From: Eledone cirrhosa
Lineage: Eukaryota
Length of the DNA stretch: 64,000 bases
Assembly: GCA_964016885.1 (NCBI GenBank)
Contig: OZ024741.1
Location: 221,154,001-221,218,000, forward strand
Reading direction: 5' to 3'
Made by a program: the position numbers and the translations under genes. How positions within the stretch are numbered: position 1 is the stretch's first letter; every line of letters begins with the position of its first letter. This document shows, piece after piece, positions 28,807 to 41,400 of the stretch. The notes under the pieces are model-generated. The model saw nothing but the letters and a program-made list of their open reading frames with translations. It was not told where the DNA came from and did no database searches.

Positions 28807-29420
28807 GTAAACAGAAATAACAACACAATCGGTACAGTATATGGAAGGAATATATTGGGTTAACGCTTGAAATAGCAGGAAGAGGGTCTTAACGTTTCGG
28901 ACGCTAGTCTGTCATCAGAAGAAAGAATGAGAAATAAGATAGATTGAGGGGACGGGCGGGTTGGAATTGGAAAAAATGTCTTTAGATAAAAAAAAAAACA
29001 GGTCCATTCATGTTGACATCTCTTGTAAAACTGTTGGTGCTGGCGTTTTGTGTATGATTTATTTTTAAGAAAAGTGGATGATGGCGCGCGTCTACCTGAA
29101 ATGGAAAAAAAAAACGTTTTGTAAAAAGAGCTATACTTGTACACGTGCGTAAGCATGTGTGTGTGTGTGTTATTATACGTCCGTTACGAGGCTAAGAAGA
29201 AATGTGTATATGTGAGTAAAAGAGTGTGTGTGCATGTATGTACGAAGCTATGAGCAAAAGTATGTTAATATAAGGGTGTGTATGTGAGTATACAGAGCAG
29301 TGAAGGGAAAAGTGGAGTGAGCATATATAGTCGGCCTGTATTAGTTGTAAGAGTAGATGCTAATGATCAAGAGAAAGCGATAGGAATGTAGGGGGTGTGA
29401 TAATAGACGGGGTATTAGAG
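28801..29420 (-). mobile_element. HHR-bearing non-coding retroelement family (other copies 8560-8680, 32041-32760)
   Basis: All three copies share a terminus abutting (GT)n or (GATA)n. HHR 28887-28922: tctt-CTGATGA-cagac tagc gtcc-GAAAC GTT-aaga; the 8650 copy has stem II GGAC/GTCC but a damaged core. Confidence 0.75.
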
Positions 29421-29837
29421 AAATTAGGGAGGTGAGTTGAGTCCAAGAGAGAAATAGGACCCAAGGCGGTGAATCAGACTTTGTTCAGTCCTGGTGCACG
29501 AAGCCTGTATATAAAGGATCTTTATAACATGTACAAAAATCCTGCATGCTGTTATGCTGTTTTTCGACCGCATGATTTCGGTCACTTCTGTCCTTGCAAG
29601 GACAGAAGTGACCATGCGATCGAAAATCGGCATGCAGGATTTTTAACGAAAGAGCAAATCAAGAACTGTCTTTGAAGACGTCAGAGAAAGCAATCTTCAC
29701 TAAACACCAATTTTTTTTTATATATACCAGGTGCGTTTTTCGAACCATCTTTTTATTATCTTTTTCATTATATAACGTAATCTGTATAGAACGTTTTTCT
29801 AACGTCCACACTTTTTTCACTATATATATATATATAT

Positions 29838-29953
29838 AGAAGTAGAAACACAACAGTTAGTTCACCATACCGATAACAATTGTTTCACCTTATTCGGATC
29901 TCTTCAGCTCGGATCTTCACCAGTCCGAGCTGAAGATCCGAATAAGGTGAAAT
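29838..29953. mobile_element. Short fold-back HHR element (same family as 5505-5580) in (TA)n
   Basis: Inverted arms tttcaccttattcggatc..cttcagctcgga / tccgagctgaagatccgaataaggtgaaa. Confidence 0.7.
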
Positions 29954-29959
29954 ACATCC

Positions 29960-29990
<31 letters not shown>

Positions 29991-29995
29991 CATCC

Positions 29996-30087
<92 letters not shown>

Positions 30088-30166
30088 TTGTATGGTTAGA
30101 TGAAAAATGCGTCAGTAGGCGGTATGCCGGTTGAGCACTCGATGCTCACGCAGGGCAGAGTATAAT

Positions 30167-30448
30167 TCTATAATGATAAGGAACAGGATTCAGTGTTGCA
30201 TCATAACATATTTGATAAAATATTACATATGTTTCACTATCGATCAGCTCGAGGCAAGATCTATTATAGATGGAACCTGACTCTGTAATCGAAAGGTCGT
30301 CAGATATACTAAGCATATCTGACGAACTTTCGATTACAGAGTCAAGTTCGATCTATAATAGATCTTGCCTCGAGCTGATCGATAGTGAAACATATGTAAT
30401 ATGTTATCAAATATGTTATGATGCAACACTGAATCCTGTTCCTTATCC

Positions 30449-30455
<7 letters not shown>
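30167..30455. mobile_element. Palindromic element with head-to-head HHRs carrying a ~60-nt stem II domain
   Basis: Plus 30313-30404: gcatat-CTGACGA-actttcgatt...gatcgatagt-GAAAC atat GTA-atatgt; mirrored on the minus arm. Confidence 0.8.
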
Positions 30456-30501
<46 letters not shown>

Positions 30502-30622
30502 AGATGGCTGTTACTGAAATATATATAGCAGTAATAAACGAAGCTAAATTTTAATCATTTGACTTTTTATTTAACTTTATTATATATATATATATATTAT
30601 AAGGATAAGGAACAGGATTCAG

Positions 30623-31103
30623 ACGAAGGAGTTGTGGTAAGGGACCAGATGGACCATAACACACCAGAGTACTCAATACTTAGGGTAGTAGAGTGGGTAT
30701 AGGAAAAAGTATGACCCCGACGCCAGAACTCAAGCCGTTTCGACGGCTATTTCTGGACTAAATTAGAATTTTTATTCTGGTAAATAAATAGCCGAACTTT
30801 TCAAGGGGTACTTCCTTATATGGGAAGATTGTAGTTGTCAAAATTTGTTGTAAACACAAATAAGTCTATCATGGCAGTGGGTGGGAGATGGGGATGGCTG
30901 AACTTGCCTGTAGAACAATGAAGGAGTGGGTGGAGCCGGTCAAGCGTTGAAAGTAAAATCTATACGGAAAATTCTAAGGATTGTGTATGAAAGTAGGCCA
31001 GAGGAGGTAGGCGAAAAAAGGTTTCTGGAGAAATTCTAATTTAGTCCAGAAATAGCTGTCGAAACGGCTTGAGCTCTGCCGTCGGGGTCATACTTTTTCC
31101 TAT
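30623..31103. mobile_element. Inverted element with U3-A8 variant HHR at 30714-30809(-)
   Basis: acccc-TTGAAAA-gttCGGCTATTT...AAATAGCCGtc-GAAACGGC..GTC-ggggt; family also at 5805-5987, 21297-21562 and (tail only) 62897-62970. Confidence 0.7.
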
Positions 31104-31603
31104 ATATATATATATATATTATATACATACAGAGAGAGAGACAGACAGAGCAATGTGTGGTGTATACTTCACAAGTCTAGAGCGATGACCAACTTGGGGT
31201 AAGTGGTCCGAATTAGTTAAAGTCTGTTGGGGAATATATTGACCAGCATAAAGAAAACAGGTCACAGACTGACTGACACCTAGCTAGACGTCTAGACTGA
31301 GAGACAGCTAGGTAGACAGACTGACAGCTAGATAGACAGACTGACAGGTAGACAGACTGACAGGGAGACAGACGGACGGGAAGACCGACAGACAAGGAGA
31401 CAGACTGACAGGTAGACAGACAGACTGACAGGTAGGCAAACTGACAGGTAGACAGTCAGACAGGTAACTAGAAAGACTGATAGATATATGTCTAGACAGA
31501 CAGACAGCTAAAGAGACACGCTGACAGACAGAATTACTGCCACAGTCCATTCGGTGGGCTTCCAAATTGTTTCCCTCTACCAAATTTCACATGCAGTTAG
31601 ATC

Positions 31604-31643
<40 letters not shown>

Positions 31644-31684
31644 CTAGCAGTTATATATATATATATATCACACGCAGTTAGATC

Positions 31685-31738
<54 letters not shown>

Positions 31739-31777
31739 CTAGCAGTTATATATATATATACCACACGCACTTAGATC

Positions 31778-31811
<34 letters not shown>

Positions 31812-31897
31812 GCTTTCACCGTATTTTTTTGACTAAAGAAATTTTAGTCTGATAATGGGGTTTAGAACCCTCAGATAAATGGAGAAAAGATGAGTAT

Positions 31898-31968
31898 TGA
31901 TGTACATGGGAGTCGAACCCACATCTTTGGATCTCCAGACCACTGTGCTACCATTACACCAACACATC
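31898..31968 (-). pseudogene. tRNA-like cloverleaf (pseudo-tRNA or SINE head)
   Basis: GATGTGT/GTACATC acceptor, GTGT-AATGGTA-GCAC D arm, GTGGG-TTCGACT-CCCAT T arm; anticodon stem has 2 mismatches (loop CTGGAGA). Confidence 0.55.
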
Positions 31969-31970
31969 AC

Positions 31971-32015
<45 letters not shown>

Positions 32016-32040
32016 TAGATAGATAGATAGATAGATAGAT

Positions 32041-32390
32041 GTAAAAGGTAAACAGAAATAACAACACAATCAGTACAGTATATGGAAGGGATATATTAGG
32101 TTAACGCTTGACATAGCAGGATGAGGGTCATAGCTTTTCGGACGCTACCTTCATCGGAAGAAAGAATGAGAAATAAAATAGATTGAGGGGACGGGCGGGT
32201 TGGAATTGGTAAAAATGTCTTTAGATAAAAAATAACAGGTCCATTCATGTTGACATCTCTTGCAAAACTGTTGGTGCTGGCGTTTTGTGTATGATTTGTT
32301 TTTTTAGAAAAGTGGATGATGGAGCGCGTCTACCAGAAATGGAGAAAAAAGCGTTTTGTAAAAAGAGCTATACTTGTACACGTGCGTAAG

Positions 32391-32478
<88 letters not shown>

Positions 32479-32760
32479 CATGTGTGTGTGTGTGTGTGCG
32501 TGCGTGTGTGTGTGAGAGAGAGAGAGTGTTATTATACGTCCGTTCGAAGAGAAGAAGAAAGGTGTGTGCATATGTGAGTAAAAGAGTGTGTGTGTACATG
32601 TAAGTACGAAGCTATGAGCAAAAGTATGTTAATATAAGGATGTGTATGTGTGTATACAGAGCAGTAAAGGAAAAGTGGAGTGAGCATATATAGTCGGCCT
32701 GTATTAGTTGTAAGAGAAGATGTTAATGATCAAGAGAAAGCGATAAGAACGTAGGGGTGT
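32041..32760 (-). mobile_element. Second long copy of the 28801 family, HHR degenerate
   Basis: Colinear similarity to 28801-29400 with an expanded internal (GT)n. Confidence 0.8.
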
Positions 32761-32853
32761 GATATATATCGTTGTACGTATGCATGTGTTTGTATCTGGT
32801 GTGCCAAAACATTTTGCATTGTCGTATCCTTCGAATAACACAGACACACACAC

Positions 32854-32926
<73 letters not shown>

Positions 32927-33087
32927 CGTGTGTGTGTGGATGCCCGCACAATTTATACTTGTTGTTGCGTATTTTCTACGACATGTCAATCAGATCAAAT
33001 CTTATGATCACATATTTTTCTTATGACGCTCCTGACTATTCGGTGCACGTATACCTCCACTTACGTCGTTTTCGGAGTTACAGCGGT

Positions 33088-33305
33088 TCTTCTTCTTCTT
33101 CTTCTTCTTCTTCTTCTGCTCTTCTTCTTCTTCTTCTTCTTCTTCTTCTTCTTCTTCTTCTTCTTCTTCTTCTTCTTCTTGAGAGGACCGTGGGGGCAGA
33201 GTTCTCAAACACTCTTTCCAACAGGTCCTGTCAGAAGCAAACATCTCCAACTGATCTGGCTGTATCTCCCAGGAAGCCAAGTTCATGGATATTATCTTAA
33301 TGTTA
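33088..33305 (-). mobile_element. RTE 3' end with (GAA)n tail (similar fragment at 5218-5350)
   Basis: LEMFASDRTCWKECLRTLPPRSS matches the 63180-63250 fragment. Confidence 0.75.
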
Positions 33306-33584
33306 TATGACAACAATAAACCTTGTATTATCTCAATTGTTTTAACTTTACGTCGGTCTGACAAAAATATTAAACCTTAGAAAACACAAAAAAAAACGCA
33401 ATAAAAAATATATAAAATCACATATAAATATAAAGTAATCTAGAGAATGTCTATTATGGGTTTATAGGAGGTGGAGGGATGGGTTAATTCGAAATACGTC
33501 GTTTTTTGACTTAAGTCTTGACCTCTGAAACCTATTAACGGCGTATAGCTATAGCTGTATTTTTAAAGTCTATCATCAAAGTCG

Positions 33585-34270
33585 GTGTTGATCCCGGTTT
33601 TTCTAGTGTCAAGTGACTGAGTGTTCAAGACTCTCCCCTGGACAGAATATTAGTCCATTGCAGGGTTAAGTCAGTCTCAAGCCTGGAGGCTCATCAGGAC
33701 GATGTTTATATCGGTTTCCGGGACATGAAGTGATTGAGTGTTCAAAACTGCCCCTGGACAGGATGTTAATTCACTGCAGGCTTAAGTCTGTCTTGAGCCT
33801 GGAGGTTCATAAGGCTGGTGTTTAACCCGGTTTCTCTAGTCTGAAGTGACTGAGTGTTCAAGTCTCTCCCCTGGACATGACACCAGTCCATTGCAGGGTT
33901 GAGTCTGTCTCAAGTCGGTTTCCGGGGCATGAAGTGACTGAGTGTTCAAAACTCCCCCTGGACAGGATGTCAGTCCACTGCAGGGTTATGTCTGCCTTGA
34001 GCCCGGAGGTTCATAAGGCTGGTGTTTATCCCGGTTCCTGTGGTGTGAAGCAGCTGAGAGTTCAAGACTCTCCACTGGACAGGACGCCAGTCCATCACAG
34101 AGTTAAACTCCCAGATATTGTTGGCACTCATTTTCAGCTGAGTATACTGGAGCAACCTGAAATGAACTGCTTTGCTAAAGAACACAACACACAACCTAGT
34201 CCAGGAATCGAACCCACGACATTATGATCATAAATCCAACACCCTTACCACTAGGCCACACTCCTCCACA
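33585..34270 (-). mobile_element. tRNA SINE with tandemly amplified body (75-120-bp units)
   Basis: Head at 34200-34270; five repeats of gtgactgagtgttcaa..cccctggacagga..gtccattgcagggtt. Confidence 0.7.
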
Positions 34271-34930
34271 TACCTGTATTTAGGATTTCATTATCTAATG
34301 GAGTCGTTGACATTTTAAAGAGTGTCGTGTGATTTGCGGTCGAATTAGCTGCTATATCTCGAGCGTCTGCATAGAGGCAGCAGCACTGGTTTCCGTCAAA
34401 GCTTTATAGCGAGGAAACTGGTGGTTGTATGAATGTAACAAAACGAGACAATGTTTGTGTATATAATATTTAATTAACGGTAGATAGAATACTTGACATG
34501 TCAAAGATAGATGTTAGAATGAAACAAAGTTAGTAGTTACCGTTTTGATTGCCAGGCAAACGCGGCTGGCAGAGGGCGCCTGGCTAAGGCCAGGCGCCTG
34601 TTGGCCAAATTAATGGCAGAGCCAAATGAGAGGCTCTTCGACCTGGTGCCGAAAAGGCAAAGAGAGAGAGGAAGCTTAAAGTTGTTAGTTTTATAGGGCT
34701 CTGACCGGAAGTTGCAGAAAGGGTTCCACTTCCCGTCTAGATCCTAATCAAAACAAGGGAGACAACCGCTACAGCTTTTTAAACTAGAAGCAGATGTGAC
34801 AAGGACGTATATTTGTGTGTGTAAGTGTATTTACGTATGTTTCAGTGTGTATCTATGTATGTCTCTTTGAATGTGTATGTATGCATGTATGTATGTATGT
34901 ATGTATGTATGTATGTATGTATGTATGTAT

Positions 34931-35940
34931 GTCAAGGCAGAATTCTAGGAGAAGGAAAACTCTGATATAACACCTGCAACCCTGATGGTATCCAATCATG
35001 TTGACTTGTTCTTCTTTTTGGTAAATATCATCTTGGTTAAGAGAGTGGGACTGGCTTTGTGCGGTGCCTTTGCTCACTATAAAAGCTTCACGGCACAGGC
35101 ATTGCTTTATATCTGAAGATCTCTCTGCACTTGTCGTCACATGATACCATGGGCCTAGCACTATGTGTCAATAATTGTCACAAGTGTAGTGTTTGTACCA
35201 GAGTTTTCAAGTCGCTGGCTGGACTAAGAAGTCACACTCGTTCAGCGCATCGGTGGGAGTTCTCCTACGTGGATATACAGTAGTGGCCGTACTCGAAAAC
35301 GAGTTGGCAGCCACCATGTATGTATGTATGTATGTATGTATGTATGTATGTATGTATGTATGGTCGGGTTGTTGGCGACTAAACTGGCAACCCCACCAAG
35401 GTTTCTTGGTGAGGAGGGTGACTTTGGACATCCTGCAGGACTAAAAACAAAACCTGTCAAAGGGCAAAGGAGCTCTTAAGAGTCAATGGCCATCCAAAAT
35501 CACCGGGAGAGATGACCCCTTAGCCTTTGTCAAGGCAGAATTCTAGGAGAAGGAAAACTCTGATATATCACCTGCAACCCTGATGGTATCCAATGATGTT
35601 GACTTGTTCTTCTTTTTGGTAAATATCATCTTGGTTAAGAGAGTGGGACTGGCTTTGTGAAGTGCCTTTGATCACTATAAAAGCTTCACGGCACAGGCAT
35701 TGCTTTATATCTAGAGATCTCTCTGCACTTGTCGTCAAATGGTACCATGGGCCCAGCACTGTGTCAATAATTGTCACAAGTGTAGTGTTTGTACCAGAGT
35801 TTTCAAGTCGCTGGCTGGACTAAAAAGTCACACTCGTTCAGCCCATCGGTAGGGGTTCTCCTACATGGATATAAAGTAGTGGCCGTACTCGAAAACGAGT
35901 TGGCAGCCACCGTATGTATGTATGTTTGTATGTATGTATG
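34931..35940 (+). mobile_element. Head-to-tail pair of a non-coding retroposon with (TATG)n tail; third copy at 63575-64000 minus
   Basis: 34931-35318 is 5'-truncated and 35361-35912 longer; 3' hairpin ACTCGaaaaCGAGT then GGCAGCCACC plus (TATG)n. Confidence 0.8.
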
Positions 35941-36385
35941 TTCTTCTGGTTTTATAATTTCACAAAGTTTTCCCAATAGAGAGAGAGTCGGTTTCTAACA
36001 TAGACACAAGACACTCTCATTGGAATTTACACAACATCAACTAGGTAGATATGTATGTATGCATGCATGTGTAGATATGGATGTTATTGTATGTGTGGAT
36101 GTGTATGTTTTGAGTTGTATGTGTGCATGTGTATATGCTTTGTATCTGTACATGTGTATATGCAGTTATTACATGCAAAATTTTTGGAATGTATGTATGT
36201 ATGTATTTATTTACGTATATTTGAATGCGTACCGCAGTATTTATGTATGTATGTATATATATTTCACTGTGTGTATATGTATGTACGTATATTTGAATGC
36301 GTGTTTGCGAGTGCGTGGGTGTATATGACTATATGCACATATGTGTGTGTGTGTGTGCGAGTGAGTGTGTGTGCATGTATATGGC

Positions 36386-36436
<51 letters not shown>

Positions 36437-36765
36437 TATATGTACATATATACATATATATGTGTGTGTGTATTGCTATGAATATATATATATATGTGTG
36501 TGTATGAGAGAGAAAGTGAGTGAGTGTGTGTATGTATATATATATATATATATATGAGTGAGTGAATGTGTGTATGTATATGGCTATGTGTTTATATATA
36601 TATATGTGTGTGTTGTACATAGCTATGTATCTATATTTATATGTCTATGTGTCTCTACTCCATGTTGCAATTTACCAACTCAGGAATGCATTCCTTAACA
36701 TTAAACTAATCAATGGTTTTTTTCGCGATTTTTCGCTGCTTCTATCATTACCTCCATCTTCCTTC

Positions 36766-36796
<31 letters not shown>

Positions 36797-36837
36797 CAAA
36801 CGCACACGCACACACACACATGTATACATACATGCAG

Positions 36838-36908
<71 letters not shown>

Positions 36909-36998
36909 CATACACATACATACACATATATATATAAAAATATACACACATGCACATACATATATATATATATATACGTACATATACTTATATATATA

Positions 36999-37059
<61 letters not shown>

Positions 37060-37089
37060 TCATTTATATATATACATAAATATATATAT

Positions 37090-37700
37090 GAAAAAATGGG
37101 GAGAAGAATACTGCAGGTTGCACATGGATAACATGTTATAAAATGAGTCCCTCATCAGTGATTTGCCAACGATCATAGATATTTCATTGCATTAAAAATC
37201 ATATACCTCAGGTTGGTGCAATAATAACTAATTTAAGTTATTAGGACAATTAAAACGCGTAAAGCGAGTGAGACAAGTAAACAACAAAGAGGAAAGCTAA
37301 CCGTAGATAGGAAGGGAACAAGCTACATAGTTATTCTGTTAGCATAAGCTAGGTGAATATATGAGCGCTTAGAAAAAAGACCTTTCGAGATGAATCCAAA
37401 TGTAAGAAAGAAGGAAAATGTACTCGTCGCGAACGGGGTGAAGTGAGAAGGGGAGAAACAGTGAGTGAGTGAGTGGAAGTGTGAGGAAGAGTTAACTGAC
37501 ATGACAGAGGGGGCGAAAGAAAGTAGGAGAAACAGAGAGAACGAGGGAGCAGTAAGAGAGAGAGAGAGAGAAAAACAGAATCGCAGTTTAGGTAAATATA
37601 TGTGAAAAAATGGGGAGAAGAATACTGCAGGTTGCACATGGATAACATGTTATAAAATGAGTCCCTCATCAGTGATTTGCCAACGATCATAGATATTTCA
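37090..37700 (-). mobile_element. Non-coding element with 97-bp identical direct terminal repeats (period 514) in (TA)n
   Basis: 37090-37186 equals 37604-37700; family members at 13050-13540(+), 15687-15848 (palindrome) and 27510-27700(-). Confidence 0.8.
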
Positions 37701-37775
37701 TATATAAATATATACATAAATATGTATATAAATATATACATAAATATATATATAAATATATATATATTTAATGTC

Positions 37776-37806
<31 letters not shown>

Positions 37807-37860
37807 GATATATATATATATATATTTATGTATATATATATTTATGTATATATATAAATG

Positions 37861-37891
<31 letters not shown>

Positions 37892-38213
37892 ACGGACATT
37901 AAATCATAAACCATATATATGTATATACTGACAATACATACACTAACATTATACCATAGATAATATGTATACACATATGTATATATACGTGTGTATATAT
38001 ATATATATATATATATAAATATATATATATAAGTATATGTACGTATATATATATATATATGTGCATGTGTATATTTATATATATATATATATATGTATGT
38101 ATCTGCATGTATGTATATATCTGTGTGTGTGTGTGTTTGTGTGTAGCTATGCATATAGGTTTATACATATATGTGTGTATGTGTTTGTGTATATATGTGT
38201 ATATATATATATA

Positions 38214-38534
38214 TATTAGTAAAAGGAAAAGAAAATGCTGACAAATTTTTCCCTGTGAAAAATAGTTTAATTAGGAATAAGTAAAAATTAGTAATAAGTA
38301 TTGGTTAGCACACATCACGGGCGCTCTATCTCAAAATTATTTTTGAAAAGCATTAGAAATGCGCAACCGGTAAAAGCTTAAAACTTAAAACCAAAACTGA
38401 ATACTAACCAATACTTATTACTAATTTTTACTTATTCCTAATTAAACTATTTTTCACAGGGAAAAATTTGTCAGCATTTTCTTTTCGTTTTACTAATATA
38501 TCTCAACTCGTGTGTTACACCTCTATTCTTTTAA

Positions 38535-38535
<1 letters not shown>
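38214..38535. mobile_element. Diverged copy of the 11837 fold-back family
   Basis: Minus arm 38214-38308, plus arm 38320-38535; retains TTGAAAA-GCATT..AATGC-GCAACCGGTA. Confidence 0.8.
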
Positions 38536-38581
<46 letters not shown>

Positions 38582-38851
38582 CAAAAGTTCTATTTAAATT
38601 GTTGGGATACAACAAGCAAAAATTTTTATAACTGATATAAAGCACTCAAGTATTTGGAGTAAACATACGATATTAACAAATGGAAACTATATTTATAAAA
38701 CCATATTTATTTCATTATACATATTTCAAGGACACCAAGTTAAATTATGGTGTGCTTTCATCAGATAAAATATAATATAGATATAGTTTTATAAATAAAT
38801 ATTGACATACCCTTAAAAAATGCAACCATTACTGTTGGAAGCTCCCGGATA

Positions 38852-38903
<52 letters not shown>

Positions 38904-39229
38904 CTATATATATATATATATATAGCTATATATATAGATATATAGCTATGTATATGTCCATCGCTACCTCGTTAACCATTTAGTAACATAGCCCATCCTT
39001 TTATCTCTCTCTCTCTCTCTCTCTGTCCTCTCTATCTATCTATCTATCTATCTATCTATTTCTCATTCTATATACCAGTGATGAAAGCACTAGCTCCACC
39101 TTCCCTTCTACCTCCTCCACCTTTCCCCTCATCATCACCCCTCCCCCACCACCTCCACATGTCCCCTCCCCCAACCACCACATGTCCCCTCCATCTCTCC
39201 TCTCACCCTACCACCTCTCCACCCAACCC

Positions 39230-40220
39230 CACCACCTCTACCACCAACACCCCTACCAACAACACCGCTACTACCAATACCACTAACCAACACCACCACC
39301 AACAACAACAACACCACTACCAACAATACAGCCACCACTACCACCAACACCACTACCACCAACACCACTACCAACAACACCACCACTACCACCAACACCA
39401 CTACCAACAATACAGCCACCACTACCACCAACACCACTACCACCAACACCACTACCATTAACAACACCACCACTACCAACAATACAGCCACCACTACCAC
39501 CAACACCACTACCACCAACACCACTACCAACAACACCGCTACCACCAACACCACTACCTCCAACACCTTTACCACCAACAACAACAACACCACTATCAAC
39601 AATACAGCCACCACTACCACCAACACCACTACCAACAACACCACCACTACCACCAACACCACTACCATTAACAACACCACCACTACCACCAACACCACTA
39701 CCATTAACAACACGACCACTACCACCAACACTACTACCAACAATACAGTCACCACTACCACCAACACCACTACCACCAATACAGCCACCACTACCACCAC
39801 TACCACCACCACTACCACCAACACCACTACCACTAATACAGCCACCACTACCACCAACACCACTACCATTAACAACACGACCACTACCACCACTACCACT
39901 ACTACCAACACTACTACCATTAACACCACCACCACTACCACCAACACCACTACCACCAATACAGCCACCACTACCACCAACACTACTACCATTAACAACA
40001 CCACCACTACCACCAACACCACTACCATTAACAACACGACCACTACCACCAACACCACTACCACTACTACCAACACCACTACCATTAACAACACCACCAC
40101 TACCACCAACACCACTACCATTAACAACACCACCACTACCACCAACACCACTACCACCAACACCACTACCATTAACACCACCACCACTACCACCAACATT
40201 ACCACCAACAACAACAACAA
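39230..40220 (+). repeat. (ACC/ACT/AAC)n compound trinucleotide tract
   Basis: Direct reading. Confidence 0.92.
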
Positions 40221-40479
40221 TTGAAAGACATGCAACAACATGCACGTCATGTAGGAATCTAGGTTTCACGTGATCTACTTGTTAACGCTCAGATGACGTA
40301 CTTTTCATTGTATTTCGCTGCATTTTACTGCATTTTACTGCATTTTACTGCATTTCACTGCATTCCATTGCATTCCATTGCATGCTACTGCACACATGTA
40401 CTACGCATATGTTTATATGTAGTTAGAAAAATAATTTTTATGTGTGTGTGTATCTGTTATTGCGCGCGCGTGTGTGTGT

Positions 40480-40557
40480 GTGTATGATTGTGAGAGACCT
40501 GGCGTTATTACGTATGCGTGTGTGTGTGTTTGGGAGAACGCGCGTAATTACATATGC

Positions 40558-40604
<47 letters not shown>

Positions 40605-41400
40605 TGTGAGAGACCTGGCGTAATTGTGTGTGTGTGTGTGTGCGCGCTTGGAAGAGCGCGCGTAATTACGTATGCTTGTGTGTATGCTTGTGAGAGATTT
40701 GGCGTAATTGTGTGTGTGTGTGAGAGTTTGCGAGAGACTTGGCGTAATTACGTATGTGCGTGTGTGTGTGTGCGAGTGTGTGTGTGCTTGTGAGAGATTT
40801 GGCGTAATTGTGTGTGTGTGTGTGTGTGAGTTTGCGAGAGACTTGGCGTAATTACGTATGCACGTGTGTGTGTGTGTGTGTGTGTGTGCGTGTGTGTGTG
40901 CTTGTGAGAGATTTGGCGTAATTGTGTGTGTGTGTGTGAGTTTGCGAGAGACTTGGCGTAATTACGTATGCGCGTGTGTGTGTGTGCGTGTGCGCGTGTG
41001 TGTGTGTGCGTGTGTGTGTGTGCTTGTGAAAGATTTGGCGTAATTGTGTGTGTGTGTGTGTGAGAGTTTGCGAGAGACTTGGCGTAATTACGTATGCGCG
41101 TGTGTGTGTGTGTGTGCGTGTGTGTTTGTATGCTTGTGAGAGATTTGGCGTAATTGTGTGTGTGTGTGTGTGAGTTTGCGAGAGACTTGGCGTAATTACG
41201 TATGCGCGCGTGTGTGTGTGTGTGTGTGCGTGCGTGTGTGTGTGCGTGTGTGTTTGTATGCTTGTGAGAGATTTGGCGTAATTGTGTGTGTGTGTGCGTG
41301 TGAGTTTGCGAGAGACTTGGCGTAATTACATATGCGCGTGTGTGTGAGAGAGAGAGCGAGAGAGTTGGCGTAACTGCATATGCGTGTAATTGCGTATGAG
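40480..41400 (+). repeat. Dimeric TTGGCGTAATT/(GT)n minisatellite
   Basis: Alternating gagagATTTGGCGTAATTgtg and gagagACTTGGCGTAATTACGtat subunits separated by variable (GT)n. Confidence 0.85.

Noticed and set aside
31898-31968. Functional tRNA-Ser(GGA)
   Set aside because: Broken anticodon stem, no long variable arm, anticodon atypical for eukaryotes.
34700-34770. Host promoter (CCGGAAGT ETS-like motif; also 42878 and 42953)
   Set aside because: Short motifs only, no adjacent exon; two of them lie inside a Helitron-like element.
39135-40269. 371-aa and 328-aa ORFs (Val-rich, Gly/Ser-rich) or a mucin-like exon
   Set aside because: Trinucleotide tract open in several frames by composition; no supporting splice or domain context.
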